Positions 35,385 through 47,750 of a stretch of 63,875 nucleotides of DNA are shown here, one piece after another. The DNA is taken from positions 144,676-208,550 of the forward strand of contig NW_004798223.1 of NCBI RefSeq assembly GCF_000002075.1, read 5' to 3'. A program made the translations under genes and the position numbers. The stretch's first letter is position 1. Every line of letters begins with the position of its first letter. Source of the stretch: Aplysia californica (taxonomy: Eukaryota). Below the pieces are notes generated by a model. The model had not been told where the DNA came from. It made no database searches and saw nothing but the letters and a program-made list of their open reading frames with translations.

Positions 35385-37565
35385 CACAGTGATTATAGTA
35401 TGTGTACCTGACAAAAGCGTTTGACACTGCTGGTCGTAATTTAAAGAGCAGAGGAAGATAACGGTCAAGCTTGAATGCCCTGCAAAGTTCATCACGATGG
35501 TCTAGCAGTTCCACAATGGCATGATCGCAAGAGTGCGGGGTCACGACGAGCACTCCATACTTTTTCCCATCTCCGTAGGAGCCAAGTCTGCCCCTGCAGG
35601 TTGTGTGGGTAAGGGGGCTCATAGGGTTTAAAAAGTGGAGCAAAGAATAATACCTGTCGTAAGAGGCGACTAAAGGTACGTTGGTCTGGTCCCCCAAAAA
35701 GTGCCAGTTGGCAGAGGGCCAACTACCCAACCATATAAAAATAAAAACTTTTTTTAAAAGTTACAGAAACACTACCAAACACATCTATATTTTTTCGATC
35801 TTGGGAAACAGGAGCTTCTGGACCAGTCAAGAGGACAGCCCAGAATGTGGAAAGTGTTTATTCGTGGCCTTTACCCATACCCTGATGAATCCTGTTCAGC
35901 ATGGTATTACCGTTATGTTGACCGACACCATCTGTGAAGCCCCGGCAGACGCAGTGACACATCGTGTCAGACCCGTCGCATATATTAAGAACAATTACTT
36001 TTATCAAAGTGCATATTCTGTATATACTACACTCCAAATTGTCGTTCAATTCTCTTTCGATTGGGGAGATATTCCTCTTTCTTGCGCCACAAAGCCACTA
36101 TGACTTCACGACGAGTGACTTGATCGCACACTGTGTGCTGTTACATTACTTAACAAAACAAAGAAAACAAGGCTTATTTGGACAAAAGACTAGCTTTTAA
36201 ACTTTATTTTAAAAGAAATATATTATCCACTCACACTGTCTGAGATATTTTTTTAAAAATCACGAAGTCCTTAGTTGCATCTTGACTAAACTGTTTGCAA
36301 AATGATACAAGTTTTTCGTATGCCCTCTATTAATATATTACTGTTGTCTCTGAACTTTATCGTCCACAGGCATTCGAGTGTCTGTATATCTCAACTGAGA
36401 GAAAACATAGCGTTTCGACCACGTCGCCATTGGGTACACTGTTAAGTGACTGCTTTGGCGTCAGACACACAAAGCAGTGGGTGACCTTGATACACAACTT
36501 CAGATTCAAAATTGACAATAATTTAAAAACAACGTTTGCTAAAGTTAGATATCGCACCACACCAGGTTCTTCACAAACCACTTTGCTTATTTTGATATCA
36601 TCATCATCATCAATGCCTTTCACCCCTGGCAGGGTATAGGCCACATACAAGCTCCTTCCATTTATCTCTGTCCTGGGACATCCTTCCAAGCTCGTTCCAA
36701 GTGAGCTTCATCTCTCTCATGCCCGTTTCCCCTTGCGTCATAAACTCTCCATTCGGAGAAGATCCACGATCAGCCAAGCAGAGATAATGGTTTCTGCTTG
36801 TATGTGTTTCTGTAACAGGTTCTTTTTACGAGAGAGGTTGTAAGCCACGTGACTCAACCCCCGACCTGGAGGCAGGATGACTCTGTTTTGGGAGTCACAA
36901 CCTGGTTCGCCATTTAGTCGCCTCGTACGACATGCTAGCACCACGTCAGTCCTATTCTTCTCAAAGCCGGGACTACACGGCAGTTATTTTGATATGCTGT
37001 TTCCAACAAAAAAAATATTTTTAAAAATCAGTTCTTATAGTTAAGACAATTGTTTTTCAAAAATTCTGCCCGCAAATTTTAATCCCGCGCGGCGGCAAAC
37101 TTCAAAAGGGTTCTGCGTCCCAGCTTGCCTTTCCCAAAACTGACCTATTCGTAGATCGCACAAAAAATACCAAGCGACGTTTGATTCCTCATCAGGTCTC
37201 CAACCCGTCGTCCAGCCGTCCAATTCTTATACAATTTTGCGGTTGCCCGTTACGATTTGTCGTAGGAACGTTTGATCGTCCAATTTTTATACGATTTATC
37301 GTTACGTGTAACCGGGCCTTTAATGTTGGTTTCCGATACCGTACCAACAGAAAACTCTTCAACTTTCTGAGGCTGCAGGCAAAAACCAAACCAAACCATG
37401 GTTTCCTCATAGTTGGAGACAGCGAATTGACGCCAGTGCACAGTCAGGTATGCAGGGAAGCAGGGAAGCATGGGTATATTATTTTTCTCCAAAGCCAGCG
37501 AAGACTTCAACCCCACAATTTCCACCAGGAAGACCAAAGTACATTTAATGCACCAGCCAGTCCCG
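35385..37565 (+). pseudogene. Fragmented old RTE (BovB-like) reverse transcriptase, continuing at 43695-43810
   Basis: LTKAFDT..CPAKFITMV*QFHNGMIARV; RYRTNRKLFNFLRLQAKTK; FSKASEDFNPTISTRKTKV..HQP; VDKFVFLSNTLSR. Confidence 0.7.
36599..36983 (-). mobile_element. Bipartite non-autonomous derivative of the RTE at 56683-59945
   Basis: About 250 bp of RTE 5' end fused to about 130 bp of RTE 3' end with (GAT)n tail; 12-bp TSD TTATTTTGATAT. Confidence 0.9.
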
Positions 37566-37826
37566 ACAGCTGCACTCACACACAGACAGAGCCCTGCATT
37601 GCAACCAACGACCAGAGAGTGGCGGTGTAATAAGCCAAAATCACTGTATGCGACAAAAACTACCATAATATATTCATTTTGGCAACACTGAAAGCACTAC
37701 AAGTTGCGTTTATAGCTCAGACCTCCACGCTAAATAAACTACTGTCCCGCAACTCCCCCCCCCCCCCCCCCCCCAACAAAAAAAAAACTACCATCAGATG
37801 TACGTATAGTCTTAAGCAATAATATA

Positions 37827-38355
37827 CGAGGGGCATACCAAAAGTTTTTTACCTGACCATAAAGGAATAAAGGTAGAAAGCTGAAATTTGGAATGAAAGC
37901 CAACAACCATCTTCCTAGAATGATTGTAAATTTTGGGGAATTTCAGATTACTGGTTTTACCACCAGCGCACAGAAAGTGAATGGGGGTATGTTATTCACC
38001 AGTTTGAACCTAAAAATGGAGAAAATTGAGCGCAGGGCAGAAATGAAGTATTTGTTCTTGCAAGGCAAGCAACTGCAGGATATTTTTACGGAGATGCATG
38101 CTGTATATGGAACTGATTGCCCATTCTATGCTGTGATAAAATTTTGGTTTAAAAATAGTGATGATGAGGTCTGGTTTTCTGACATAGAGAGGGTCCTCTA
38201 TTCTTAAGGTCTTTTCAAGGTCATACACAGATGGCAAAAATGTATAACTCTGGGAGGCGACTACATAAAGAAAGACTAAGCTTAGTATCAAATTTCAGCG
38301 TTCTACCTTTATTCCTTCATAGTCAGGTAAAAAAAACTTTGTGGTATGCCTCTCG
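37827..38355 (+). mobile_element. Internally deleted mariner element
   Basis: About 65-bp TIRs TA-CGAGGGGCATACC.../...GGTATGCCTCTCG-TA; transposase start MEKIERRAEMKYLFLQG..VYG..KFWFK. Confidence 0.85.
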
Positions 38356-38629
38356 TATATCATACAATCACGCAAACCCTTCTATTTTCAGCTTCTCACT
38401 CTTAATTCACTACTATCATGCAAAATCCACTATCGTTTGTATTTATAGCATAGGCCTCAACGTCAAAATCACTATTTCTGGCTATATCAATGACATCACT
38501 CTCTTTCAAGCAAAAAATACTATTCAAATTCAAGTAGGCTAAAAAAAACACTATCCCGATCAATGATCACGCTAAATAAACTACTGTCACGCAAAAAACA
38601 ACAACACTAAAACCAGATGTACGTATATT

Positions 38630-38896
38630 CTCTCTCTTGCCCGTTCTAACTCCCAGTGTAGCACAGGCCATCAACAACATATTTTCTCCAACGAAGCCTG
38701 TCCTGAGCATCCTTTTCTAGCTGTATCCATAATGTGACCGCCTTTTCCATTTTCATTTCCGCTTGTACCGCTCGCCTTCATGTCACCTTTGGTCTTCCTT
38801 TCTTACGTTTTCATTGTGGATTCCACGCCAAAGCCTGTCTGATGATGCTTGTCTGGGGTCTCCTTAGGGTGTGCCCAATCCATTTCCATTTCTTCA
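38630..38896 (-). mobile_element. RTE LINE 3' fragment (different family)
   Basis: [12 protein letters not shown]...[25 protein letters not shown]. Confidence 0.8.
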
Positions 38897-39266
38897 CCGG
38901 TTCGTTCAAATGCACACGCCTGAGTCATCTAGATTGTATACCAAAAAGTTGTATTACTGTGTAGAGCCTAGCATACGGCAACTTTAGATTCCATAGACCA
39001 GCGCACAATTCATTATGTAGATCTACGGCAAGACCAGCTTATTATTGTAATAGTGATCAGTTGCCGAGGGGGGAAAAAAGACTCTGATGGGTTTGTATCG
39101 GCGACGTTCAATGTTCGGACCGCTAGTGTCCCCCCNNNNNNNNNNNNNNNNNNNNNNNNNNNNNNNNNNNNNNNNNNNNNNNNNNNNNNNNNNNNNNNNN
39201 NNNNNNNNNNNNNNNNNNNNNNNNNNNNNNNNNNNTCCCTTTGCTCAATATCGGCGGATGTCGTTT

Positions 39267-39333
<67 letters not shown>

Positions 39334-39349
39334 CATACACACAAGCAGA

Positions 39350-42300
39350 CATGGACAGAACACGAACTCCCATTACAATTTGATCAAATCTAGAATATTC
39401 AAGTGCTTTGCCCAGTCTACCAGTAATTTTGTGTCTTTTTTCTGTTTGCAATAGTTTGCTATTGTCAATCCTGTGTAGATGTAGTATGATATCATCATTG
39501 TCATGTCCAAATCTACTGTCTGCAATTTTAATATTCCATATTCAGGTTGCATTAGTGACTTGACTATGCTTCATTTCCCCCAGCAAAAAATTTCTTTCAT
39601 TCAGCTGCTGCTGCACATTTTCCTTGTACCTGCAGATTCTGAATTTATGGCCTTTTCAGTGAAAAAAACAGTGGGGGTGGGGAGGTGTTGGGTTTAACAA
39701 GGATTGTCCTGTTAGATGTTCCTATTTGAATACTTCAATGGAAAAACGACTGTAGTCACAAACTGAAAATCGTTAGGGTACCAATTTTGAACACTTGTTG
39801 ACTCATAACTGTACTTCTTTTCAACTGTTGGTTGATTATTATTGTTAGATTTCCCATTCAGAACAGTACTACTTAACAATAAAAATCTAATCAAACAAGT
39901 ATGAAGTTATGCTTCAACAAGCTTTTAAACTTGGCGCCCTCACAATTTCCAGTTTGTCACTACAGTCGTTTTTCCCCAGTGCTTTTCATTTAGAATTGGA
40001 GATTTGAACGTGACAATAATGATATACATTATGATAATGCATACCCCCTACAATTCACATGTACAGGTTTATTGAAGTTTTAAATGTTGCTGTTTACACA
40101 AATTTACTGCTGTTATATCCTTTTAATATTTCTTATCAATGAATTTACTTGTGTGTGCCAAATTCATTTATCAATTCTATGATTTCTCAATAAATGCTTT
40201 TGCTTGTGTATGTGATTGTTTTAGGGTAAACACACTACTTACAAACATACAGTTGCCACAATGGGTCTTTTAGGGAACAAAGCACACTTATAATTGAATG
40301 GACAAAAAAGAGATAGTTTTGTTTAACTTGAAGATGAACTGTTGAACTGTACGTTATGCTGTACTTGTGTTATTTTTTGGGTTATCAGTTATTTCTATCA
40401 TTGCTGTCTTGATTTGTTTCCTGGAAAAGGAAAGAAAGTGTTGAGAAATGCTTTTCATGTTTTTGTTGACTTTGATATTGAATCCTCCTTGGCCATATTA
40501 CCGTATTGCTATCGTCCATGCTCACTCACGGCTGAGCTGAATCTATCATGTTCATTGTAAGACGGATGTTGGACTACGACGTTAACGGACACTGGACCCT
40601 TTGTAGAACGTTCATGACAATTTGTTGTAGGAAACCACGTAACCCCATCTGCTTACATTGTTTCTCTTTTTCTTACAAATGATCAATGATTCTTCTGTGG
40701 TATCTTCAGTCTTTCTTATGTCTTGTTGTGTTGTTGCTCCACGATGGTGTTCTGGTGCAGTACTGTTTTGCATGTTCCTTAACGTGGGTGATTGTATATA
40801 TTTAAATTAGCCCTGTTTTTGTACAAAAATTAAACTTGTCTTTTTCTTTATGACAATGACTTAACCACAGAAGTCGTAGATATGTTCTTTTGGGTCGTCT
40901 CTGTTTATTATGATCATGTATACCTACATACCCCTGGTGGGTCATGTTAAGTCAGCCAATAATTACTCATTTAATATATTACCTGTTGTAGGATTACATT
41001 GGTAGAGAAATATGAACACATGTCTTTTCTTTCTCAGATATCCTTCAAGTTGTCTGCCCTTTTGTTCTCCAATAGTCTAGGAATTGCTGTTGGTTATGAT
41101 TCAGAACCAATAAAATTCAAAGACTAAGCTTAGTATCAAATTACTGTTGTTTTAGAGCAGGGGTGTCAAAATCAATCCCACTCGGCGGCAAACTCAAATT
41201 TTACACTTAAGGTTGCGGGCCGACCTGGACAAACATTCATTGAGCTGCGGAAAACTAAACCTTTTTTTAAAACAATAATATGGATTAAAGTCATAATAAT
41301 AACAAATCGAGGCATACCAATTTTTCCTCTTATGCCAGTTTGTCAGAGCTAGATGTTTAGCACCTTTTTTTTAGGCAACCAGTTCGCTAAATGTTTGGAC
41401 CTAAGGATTACCTGTAATGCTCTTGTTGGTGGGATATAATTGTTTGCCAGGCCGGATGCTGCCCCTTGGGCGAGTTTGACACTTATGTTTCAGAGGATAT
41501 TCAATTAAAGCTTCAGCTTTTGTCCTGACTACATGTCCAGAAGTTGCTCAAAGTATTAACCCATTATCTCTGAGTGGCCGATAGCACAGGCCAGTGAGGT
41601 GGTCATGTTTGGATGAGTGGCTTGTGCCACCGACCGATAAGAGCGCGATAGTTTACTTCCAAATAATATCAGTACATTCATAGTATGACTAGTATTCTGT
41701 ACATAGATGTTAGATTTTTCTCTAGGGGGAGGGGGGTCTGTTCAATTGATTGGTTGATAGTTTAACTTAAAAAAAGAAGTTTTTCAATCAGGCATTGTTT
41801 CAGTTTATGGATGTATGTTAATGATTTCCAAGCTCAGCTGATTGCACAAAGATGGCTGTAACTTTGCCAACAATTATCTTTTTACCATGAAAATTGACAT
41901 GCACTTTCAGAAGTGGATGTAGATTGACTGAATTAAATATTTTAGAAATAATTCTATTGCAATTTATATTTTTACTTTGCTGGTGATTCGCAGATTTGAC
42001 TTCTTTTTTTTTTTTGCACTGTTTGCTTTTGGTCCGGTTTGTACTATTTCCATGAATTACAATTTGATTGATATTTTGGCTCAGCAGTTTACTTAGTCTG
42101 ATTCTACATTCATTTCCCTTTCTAATGAGGTATAAAACGCTGGTGTTGCTTAATTTGGGGACAAAATTTATAGCCCACTGTGTAAATGGCCCTGTGTTCC
42201 ATTTTGACTGACCAGAATTAAATTCCGTCCAAGCGCGGAAAAAACATTCGGAGACAAAGGGTTAAATGAAATGTCTCAATGATTAATTCCATTGTATGTC

Positions 42301-42888
42301 CAGTGGCAAGACAGTAAATTAGTTTTTTTCTACTTCGCTAGTCTAAGATTCCTCTCAAACTGCAGGGTGGATCAGACTTTGTGCTCTCTCCCTTCAAATA
42401 TTTGTAAATATCTTTAATTTTTTGTTTTAAAAAAATACAATTGACATTTTATGTTATCTTTTACTTCCCCTTCCCCTTCCTCTTTGACTTTCAATTGTAA
42501 ATAGCTTCTGAAATTGACAGTGGGAAAAGATGAGTACCATTTATCAGCTTCCTTGTCTGTACAGACAGAGTATAGTTTGATGCGCTAAATGGGAGAAAAT
42601 TGTGAAAGTGATGTCACTCTCACAGTCAGCTCTGCCCATCCCGTGACTACGCATTGTCAGTCTCTGAGGTTGGTTGTTGCAAGGCAGCTGTCAGATTGAA
42701 TAATAATAATCTACTTTTTATTTCAGGGTACAGAAAGTGGGCCGTTGGCGGGTTCTCTGGTGTGGTTTGCTCCTTCTTTCCTATCAAACATCTATCGTCC
42801 TTATCTCCCCTTCTTCTTTTTTATGTTCTGTTTTGTTTTAGTAGAGGTTTTATGGTGCTCGCAACTGCATAAGGTCATATGAGCGCCA
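39350..42888 (+). repeat. 3.5-kb near-identical duplication, copy 2
   Basis: Matches 24334-27877. Confidence 0.95.
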
Positions 42889-43385
42889 GAAGATTAAAGG
42901 TGTTATATGAAAGCAACAAACTACAAAAAAGAAAACGGGAGATAAGGACGATAGATGTTTGACAGGAAAGAAGGAGCAAACCACACCAGAGCACCCGCCA
43001 ACCACCCACAGAGAGTGATTACAGAAATTGTGTACCTCGCATGGCAGTAGAAGTAGAAGTATAGAAACGACTAACGAAATCAATAACATTAGACTGTTAA
43101 ACACAGCCCACCCACCCCATCCCCAAATCCCCGACACGCACACACAGCCACACGTGTGCAGGCTGCCCATCCGACCCCGACACACGCCAGAGTAGATACG
43201 TGCGCGTGCCAACTACGCATGTGTTGGTTTTTAAAAAGGCCGCTGATTGATCGCATGCAATCGGCTAAGTGAATAATGGTTCACGATGCAGGTTCAATGG
43301 ATAGGTTCCAGCAATAAACGAAGTTCGTTCTGGGAGAAAAATGAGCAAAGCCACGTCTGCGGGGGGCTGTTCACCCTGGAAGCGA

Positions 43386-43543
43386 CCTCGTTGAATCCGA
43401 GCTCGCTGATTTAAATGCTCGTTGAATCCGAGTTATTTTTTAAATTGATTTTAAAGAAGGAAAAAAAAACGGGGAATCTATCTCATCTCGTTGAATCCGA
43501 GTTCTCGTTGAATCCGAGCTCGTTGAATCCGAGTTCCACCGTA
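43386..43543. repeat. Tigger-like MITE end with five CTCGTTGAATCCGAG repeats
   Basis: Direct reading; ends GTTCCACCG-TA. Confidence 0.6.
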
Positions 43544-44756
43544 CTTGTAGTGTTCATAGCGTACGCCAAAGTCACTAGGGTAATGTTCACAGCAAATGTG
43601 CAAAAATCACTACGGTAGTGGTTATTGTTATTGCATGAAAGCTTCTACGCCAAAACCACTACGGTAGTCTTTATTACACGGTGGTGTTCTGAGCGTGTTA
43701 CAGCAGCTGTGGACAAGTTTGTCTTCTTGAGTAACACTTTATCACGCTCAGCTAACACCGACGAGGAAGTGGCCACAGAATCATCCGAGCCAGTACTGCT
43801 TCAGCAAACGAAAGGACTACAATTGTGCGGTCAAAACTTTGTGGCGCAACTTATCCTCAATTTAACATCTTTTCAACGGGTGTAAAAATATCACTCATAC
43901 TTTGCACAGCAATTTGTATCAATTTGTCCTAACTTTATCATATTTTTCCACAACAATTGAGGCTAGATTTTAAAAACTTTTCTTCATAAATTCATATAAA
44001 ATACTACAAATCTTTCACGCGGAAAATGGAATTGTTCTCAACACTTCCCGCTTCTCACACACACTTTGTGTTCGCACATGACTTACGTCACAGCTCATGA
44101 ATGACAAGTCTCGCCTTTAGAAAAAAATGACGAACTTGCTTTTAATTTATTTTAAAAGCGATATTGTCACAGTGTAAACCTTTAAAAATCTATAGAAACC
44201 ACGCCATGGGTTTTCTAAAAATTAGTATTTATAAAGGGATTTTCTAGAATACAGCTAACAGGTGTTTACAAAAATATTGATATGTTAAGACAAATCGATA
44301 CACGTCACTGTGCACAAGTTGAAGAGTCTGTGTTCGATAGTTGAGAAGATATTTGACAAGTTGCGCCACGAATTTTTTACCGCATTATAAGTCTGGGAAC
44401 TGAGAGCGAAGAGGACTGAGTTTTGACTCCAAGCTCAAAGTGTAGCCTATAGAGCAGTAGTAGTTTATCATAGTTTATGTCACCCTGCTCTTCGCCTACA
44501 AACGCGGTCAGTCCCACATGAGACGCCTCAGGACCTTGCTCCGTACTCCGTGTCAAGTGGCAAGACAGAGTCCCAGACACTGAGTTGTTCCAGCGGCCTC
44601 AGCTCTTGGTTAAATGCATTATTTCGGTTAAAGTAAGCTGCCAGACCTGCGTGACATTGAGTTATGTCTCACTGCGTGTAATTGGATCCCGCATACTCTA
44701 TTTGTCTGTCTTTTTTCCTGCCCGTATTTCTGTGTGTATGTCTGTCCATCCGTTTG

Positions 44757-44759
<3 letters not shown>

Positions 44760-44844
<85 letters not shown>
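44760..44844. repeat. (CT)n microsatellite (others at 4794-4830, 39269-39330; (CA)n at 6378-6440, 47149-47185)
   Basis: Direct reading. Confidence 0.95.
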
Positions 44845-44846
<2 letters not shown>

Positions 44847-44992
44847 GTAATTTTCATTATAAACTCACGCTGGACCACTGATCACTCTGACCACTAGTTG
44901 ACCTCTGGTAACCATTTAACTTGAAATGAGGGGACATAGCTGAGGGAACATAGAGCGGTTCGTTAGGAGAATTAGCTCTATGTTCCCCTCAG

Positions 44993-45027
<35 letters not shown>

Positions 45028-45999
45028 CCTCAAGTCAAGAGATTATTTACTTACGTCATGTAATATGGCATGGCGTATAGCATGGGACATGGCATGATAT
45101 GACATGGCATGACATAGCATGTGACTCGACTTGAGGGAACATAGAGCAGAGGGAACATAGACATGCCCCCGTTCCAGCGGGCCTAGATGGAGAGTATTCA
45201 CGCCATCATTCAGTGCTGTCACCTCCCAGAGAGATAACTCTATGGTGAGCTATCACCAGACAATAACGCTCACTCGGCGAACAGAAAATTAATTTTTTGA
45301 TTTAAAAAACCAACAAAAAACAACTCTGCAAAGATACGGGGAAAGCATCCCTGGAGCGTTGTCATATTTCCCACGCTCATTATAAGCAACTCAAGACCGC
45401 TCTGTTTAGCGCACCCACGCAAGATCCAGATTTGCTGAATTTGTAAAGAGACGAATTTAGTAGCCTGCAATAATAATAAAGACGTCAGCCGAAAAAGAGC
45501 CGAGAGAATCCCATCTCTCAGTGAGGTCCAGCCCTACACACCCCACTGTCCACACGGGAGAAGATCGGCCAGATCAGTCTTCGATCCACACCTCCGCAAA
45601 TAATACACTCTTGTACCTGATTTTTCGACTACAAAAGGGGGTAGACCAAAACGGTATCTATTCTATAGCAAAGTTTCAGAAAGATTGGTGTTCAGATAAA
45701 GTCTGTAAGCTTCATTTAAAAATAAATAATTCAGCGATAAACAGACTAGGTATGAAAGTTATAGGCCTATATAAACGATACTTCATACAAGATTTCTTTT
45801 GGTTTCTCTTATAAGTAAAAAAAAATACAGTGCTTCAGTAACTTTAAACTAACTAACTACAAGTTTGTGAGAAATATACATTACATGTGAAAAGCTGGTT
45901 ATATCTTTGAGAGTCATACATGAGTATAATACAAAATATTATGTGTACATGTACATGTATCAGGTAGGCTATGCCTCGGCCTACCTTGAAGGCACACAC

Positions 46000-46132
46000 C
46001 TGACACTCGAGATTTATCGAGTACTTCTTTTTCGAGTGTCGCGTCCTCAGGTGCGACAACTTGATTCGTCAATCGTGAAAATGGCGTCCAAATGAGTACA
46101 CACGGAAGTGACAAGGAAAGTAAAAGGTATGG
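46000..46132 (+). promoter_or_regulatory. Probable promoter/first non-coding exon of gene 2
   Basis: CpG-enriched patch with AAAATGGCG (YY1-type) and CGGAAGTG (ETS-type) motifs, followed by an AAG|gtatgg donor at 46126; candidate UTR exon 46875-46974. Confidence 0.5.
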
Positions 46133-47132
46133 AGTTGCTGAACGTTATAGGCCTATCAGTCCCAGTTGGGCTTGATGTTTAGGTAGTTTAGGTAAAAACG
46201 TAATATTTGCGTACTGAAACTGAACTAATTTATTCGACTGAAAATGAGCTAATCAAAATGTAATCTAACGACAGGATAATTTCCACGCCAGGCAAGTTTC
46301 AGGGCAAATAGGCGAATTGCTTGGCACTGAAGTTTTCGGATGCCAATACAATCCTCTCCTCCAGAGTACCCGTTTGGTGTTCTGATGCCTAAATTCTAGA
46401 TCTAGATCTAGACTTTGTTAAAAACTTCAAATCCCTTTCTGTGTGGATAGTTGGTATCCTCCTAGACAAGTTGGATCAATCAGTTTCTTTTACCCTTTGC
46501 TTAGCCTCAGAGCTTGCTTATTTTTAAAACTTGTACAGCAGAGACCAGCCCTAATAAAATATAAGAGTTTAGTAAGTGATACAAATTTTATTCTATGCTA
46601 AAGTCTAGTAGATGACTTATAATTGGGGCTTTTGAGTTTATCATTGTCAAGTTTGTATGACACATTTTTGTTATCTTTTAATTTACCTTTTATGACCAAC
46701 TGTCCTGATCAAGTCATTTAACCTCTAGAAATCTAGATATGTGTCTGGACTTTTTATGTATATAGTTTTTCCTTAAGTTGGAAATAAAAGTTGTTTATGT
46801 TGTTGTTGTTACCATTACCGTTCCTGTTGATTTTCTTTTTCTTTCTTTTCCATCTTGTTTTACTTTATTTTTAGCTCTTGTGTCTTTAGCTTCGAATCCA
46901 CTCCGTCTTCATTATAAACTCTTTACCTCCTGAAAAGTCGACCAAAGAAACGCAGTGCACTTTACTAGATTCTAGTAAGTAGGAAGTGCTGAAAGAAAGT
47001 GTCCCAGGTCTTCCTGTTCCAGTGCCAACATCACCCCCCCCCCCCCACCCCCAATCCCTTACCCTCCAAACACCCCTTACCCCCCCCACCCATTCCATAA
47101 AAAAAAACAGTGTCGCTAACCAAAAACACCCC

Positions 47133-47187
<55 letters not shown>

Positions 47188-47620
47188 AGACCTCGTACAC
47201 GTGGTGTACAAACACTATATTAAACTGTTCATTTTCCTTTCTAGCTCAGAAGCCCTTTTTAGAAAAAGAAGGGTGTGAAAGTGTAAGGATGGGAACACAG
47301 CAGAGCAAAATAGCCAAAAATATGTTCATGATATGATAAAGCCCTTGGGTCAACCATTAATTTGAGAGCAGAAAATTATATTGATATTAGAAGTAGAGAG
47401 TGTTTGAACTTACAATTTCTCGTATTGATATTGTTATCTTTTTGTATGATGTATATATATATTGTATTTGATTTTTTGATTTTTAACAGATAGCCTTTGA
47501 CAAAGATAATTAACATTGACGGTGCCAATTCCAATGTCCTATCTTCATCACAGTGAGGAGTTTGAAGAACACAACATTAGAGAAACACGTCCAAAGACTG
47601 AACAGGGAATTTGACAGAAG

Positions 47621-47750
47621 ATGGCGCCTTCTGGTGGTGGCTGTTGCTACCCTGTGAGGAGCAGGAGAAGCACAGTGCTGATTGTGATTCTGTTGATCTC
47701 AGCTGGTTTTATGCCATCAGGCGAATCAGCTTTGGTTGCCAGAACAGAGT
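47621..47750 (+). CDS. Gene 2 first coding exon portion (signal peptide)
   Basis: AAGATGG start context, hydrophobic VLIVILLISAGF, T|gtaagt donor; exon acceptor ttttaacag at 47489. Confidence 0.75.

Noticed and set aside
37165-37215. Hammerhead-like CTGATGA on minus strand
   Set aside because: GAAA core is broken (CAAA) and no consistent stems I/III with an NUH site
43386-43543. CRISPR-like spaced repeats
   Set aside because: Eukaryotic context, irregular spacing, no cas genes; explained as MITE subterminal repeats
45270-45620. Divergent minus-strand gene start near the gene 2 promoter
   Set aside because: Donor-like sites are present but no downstream exons could be linked
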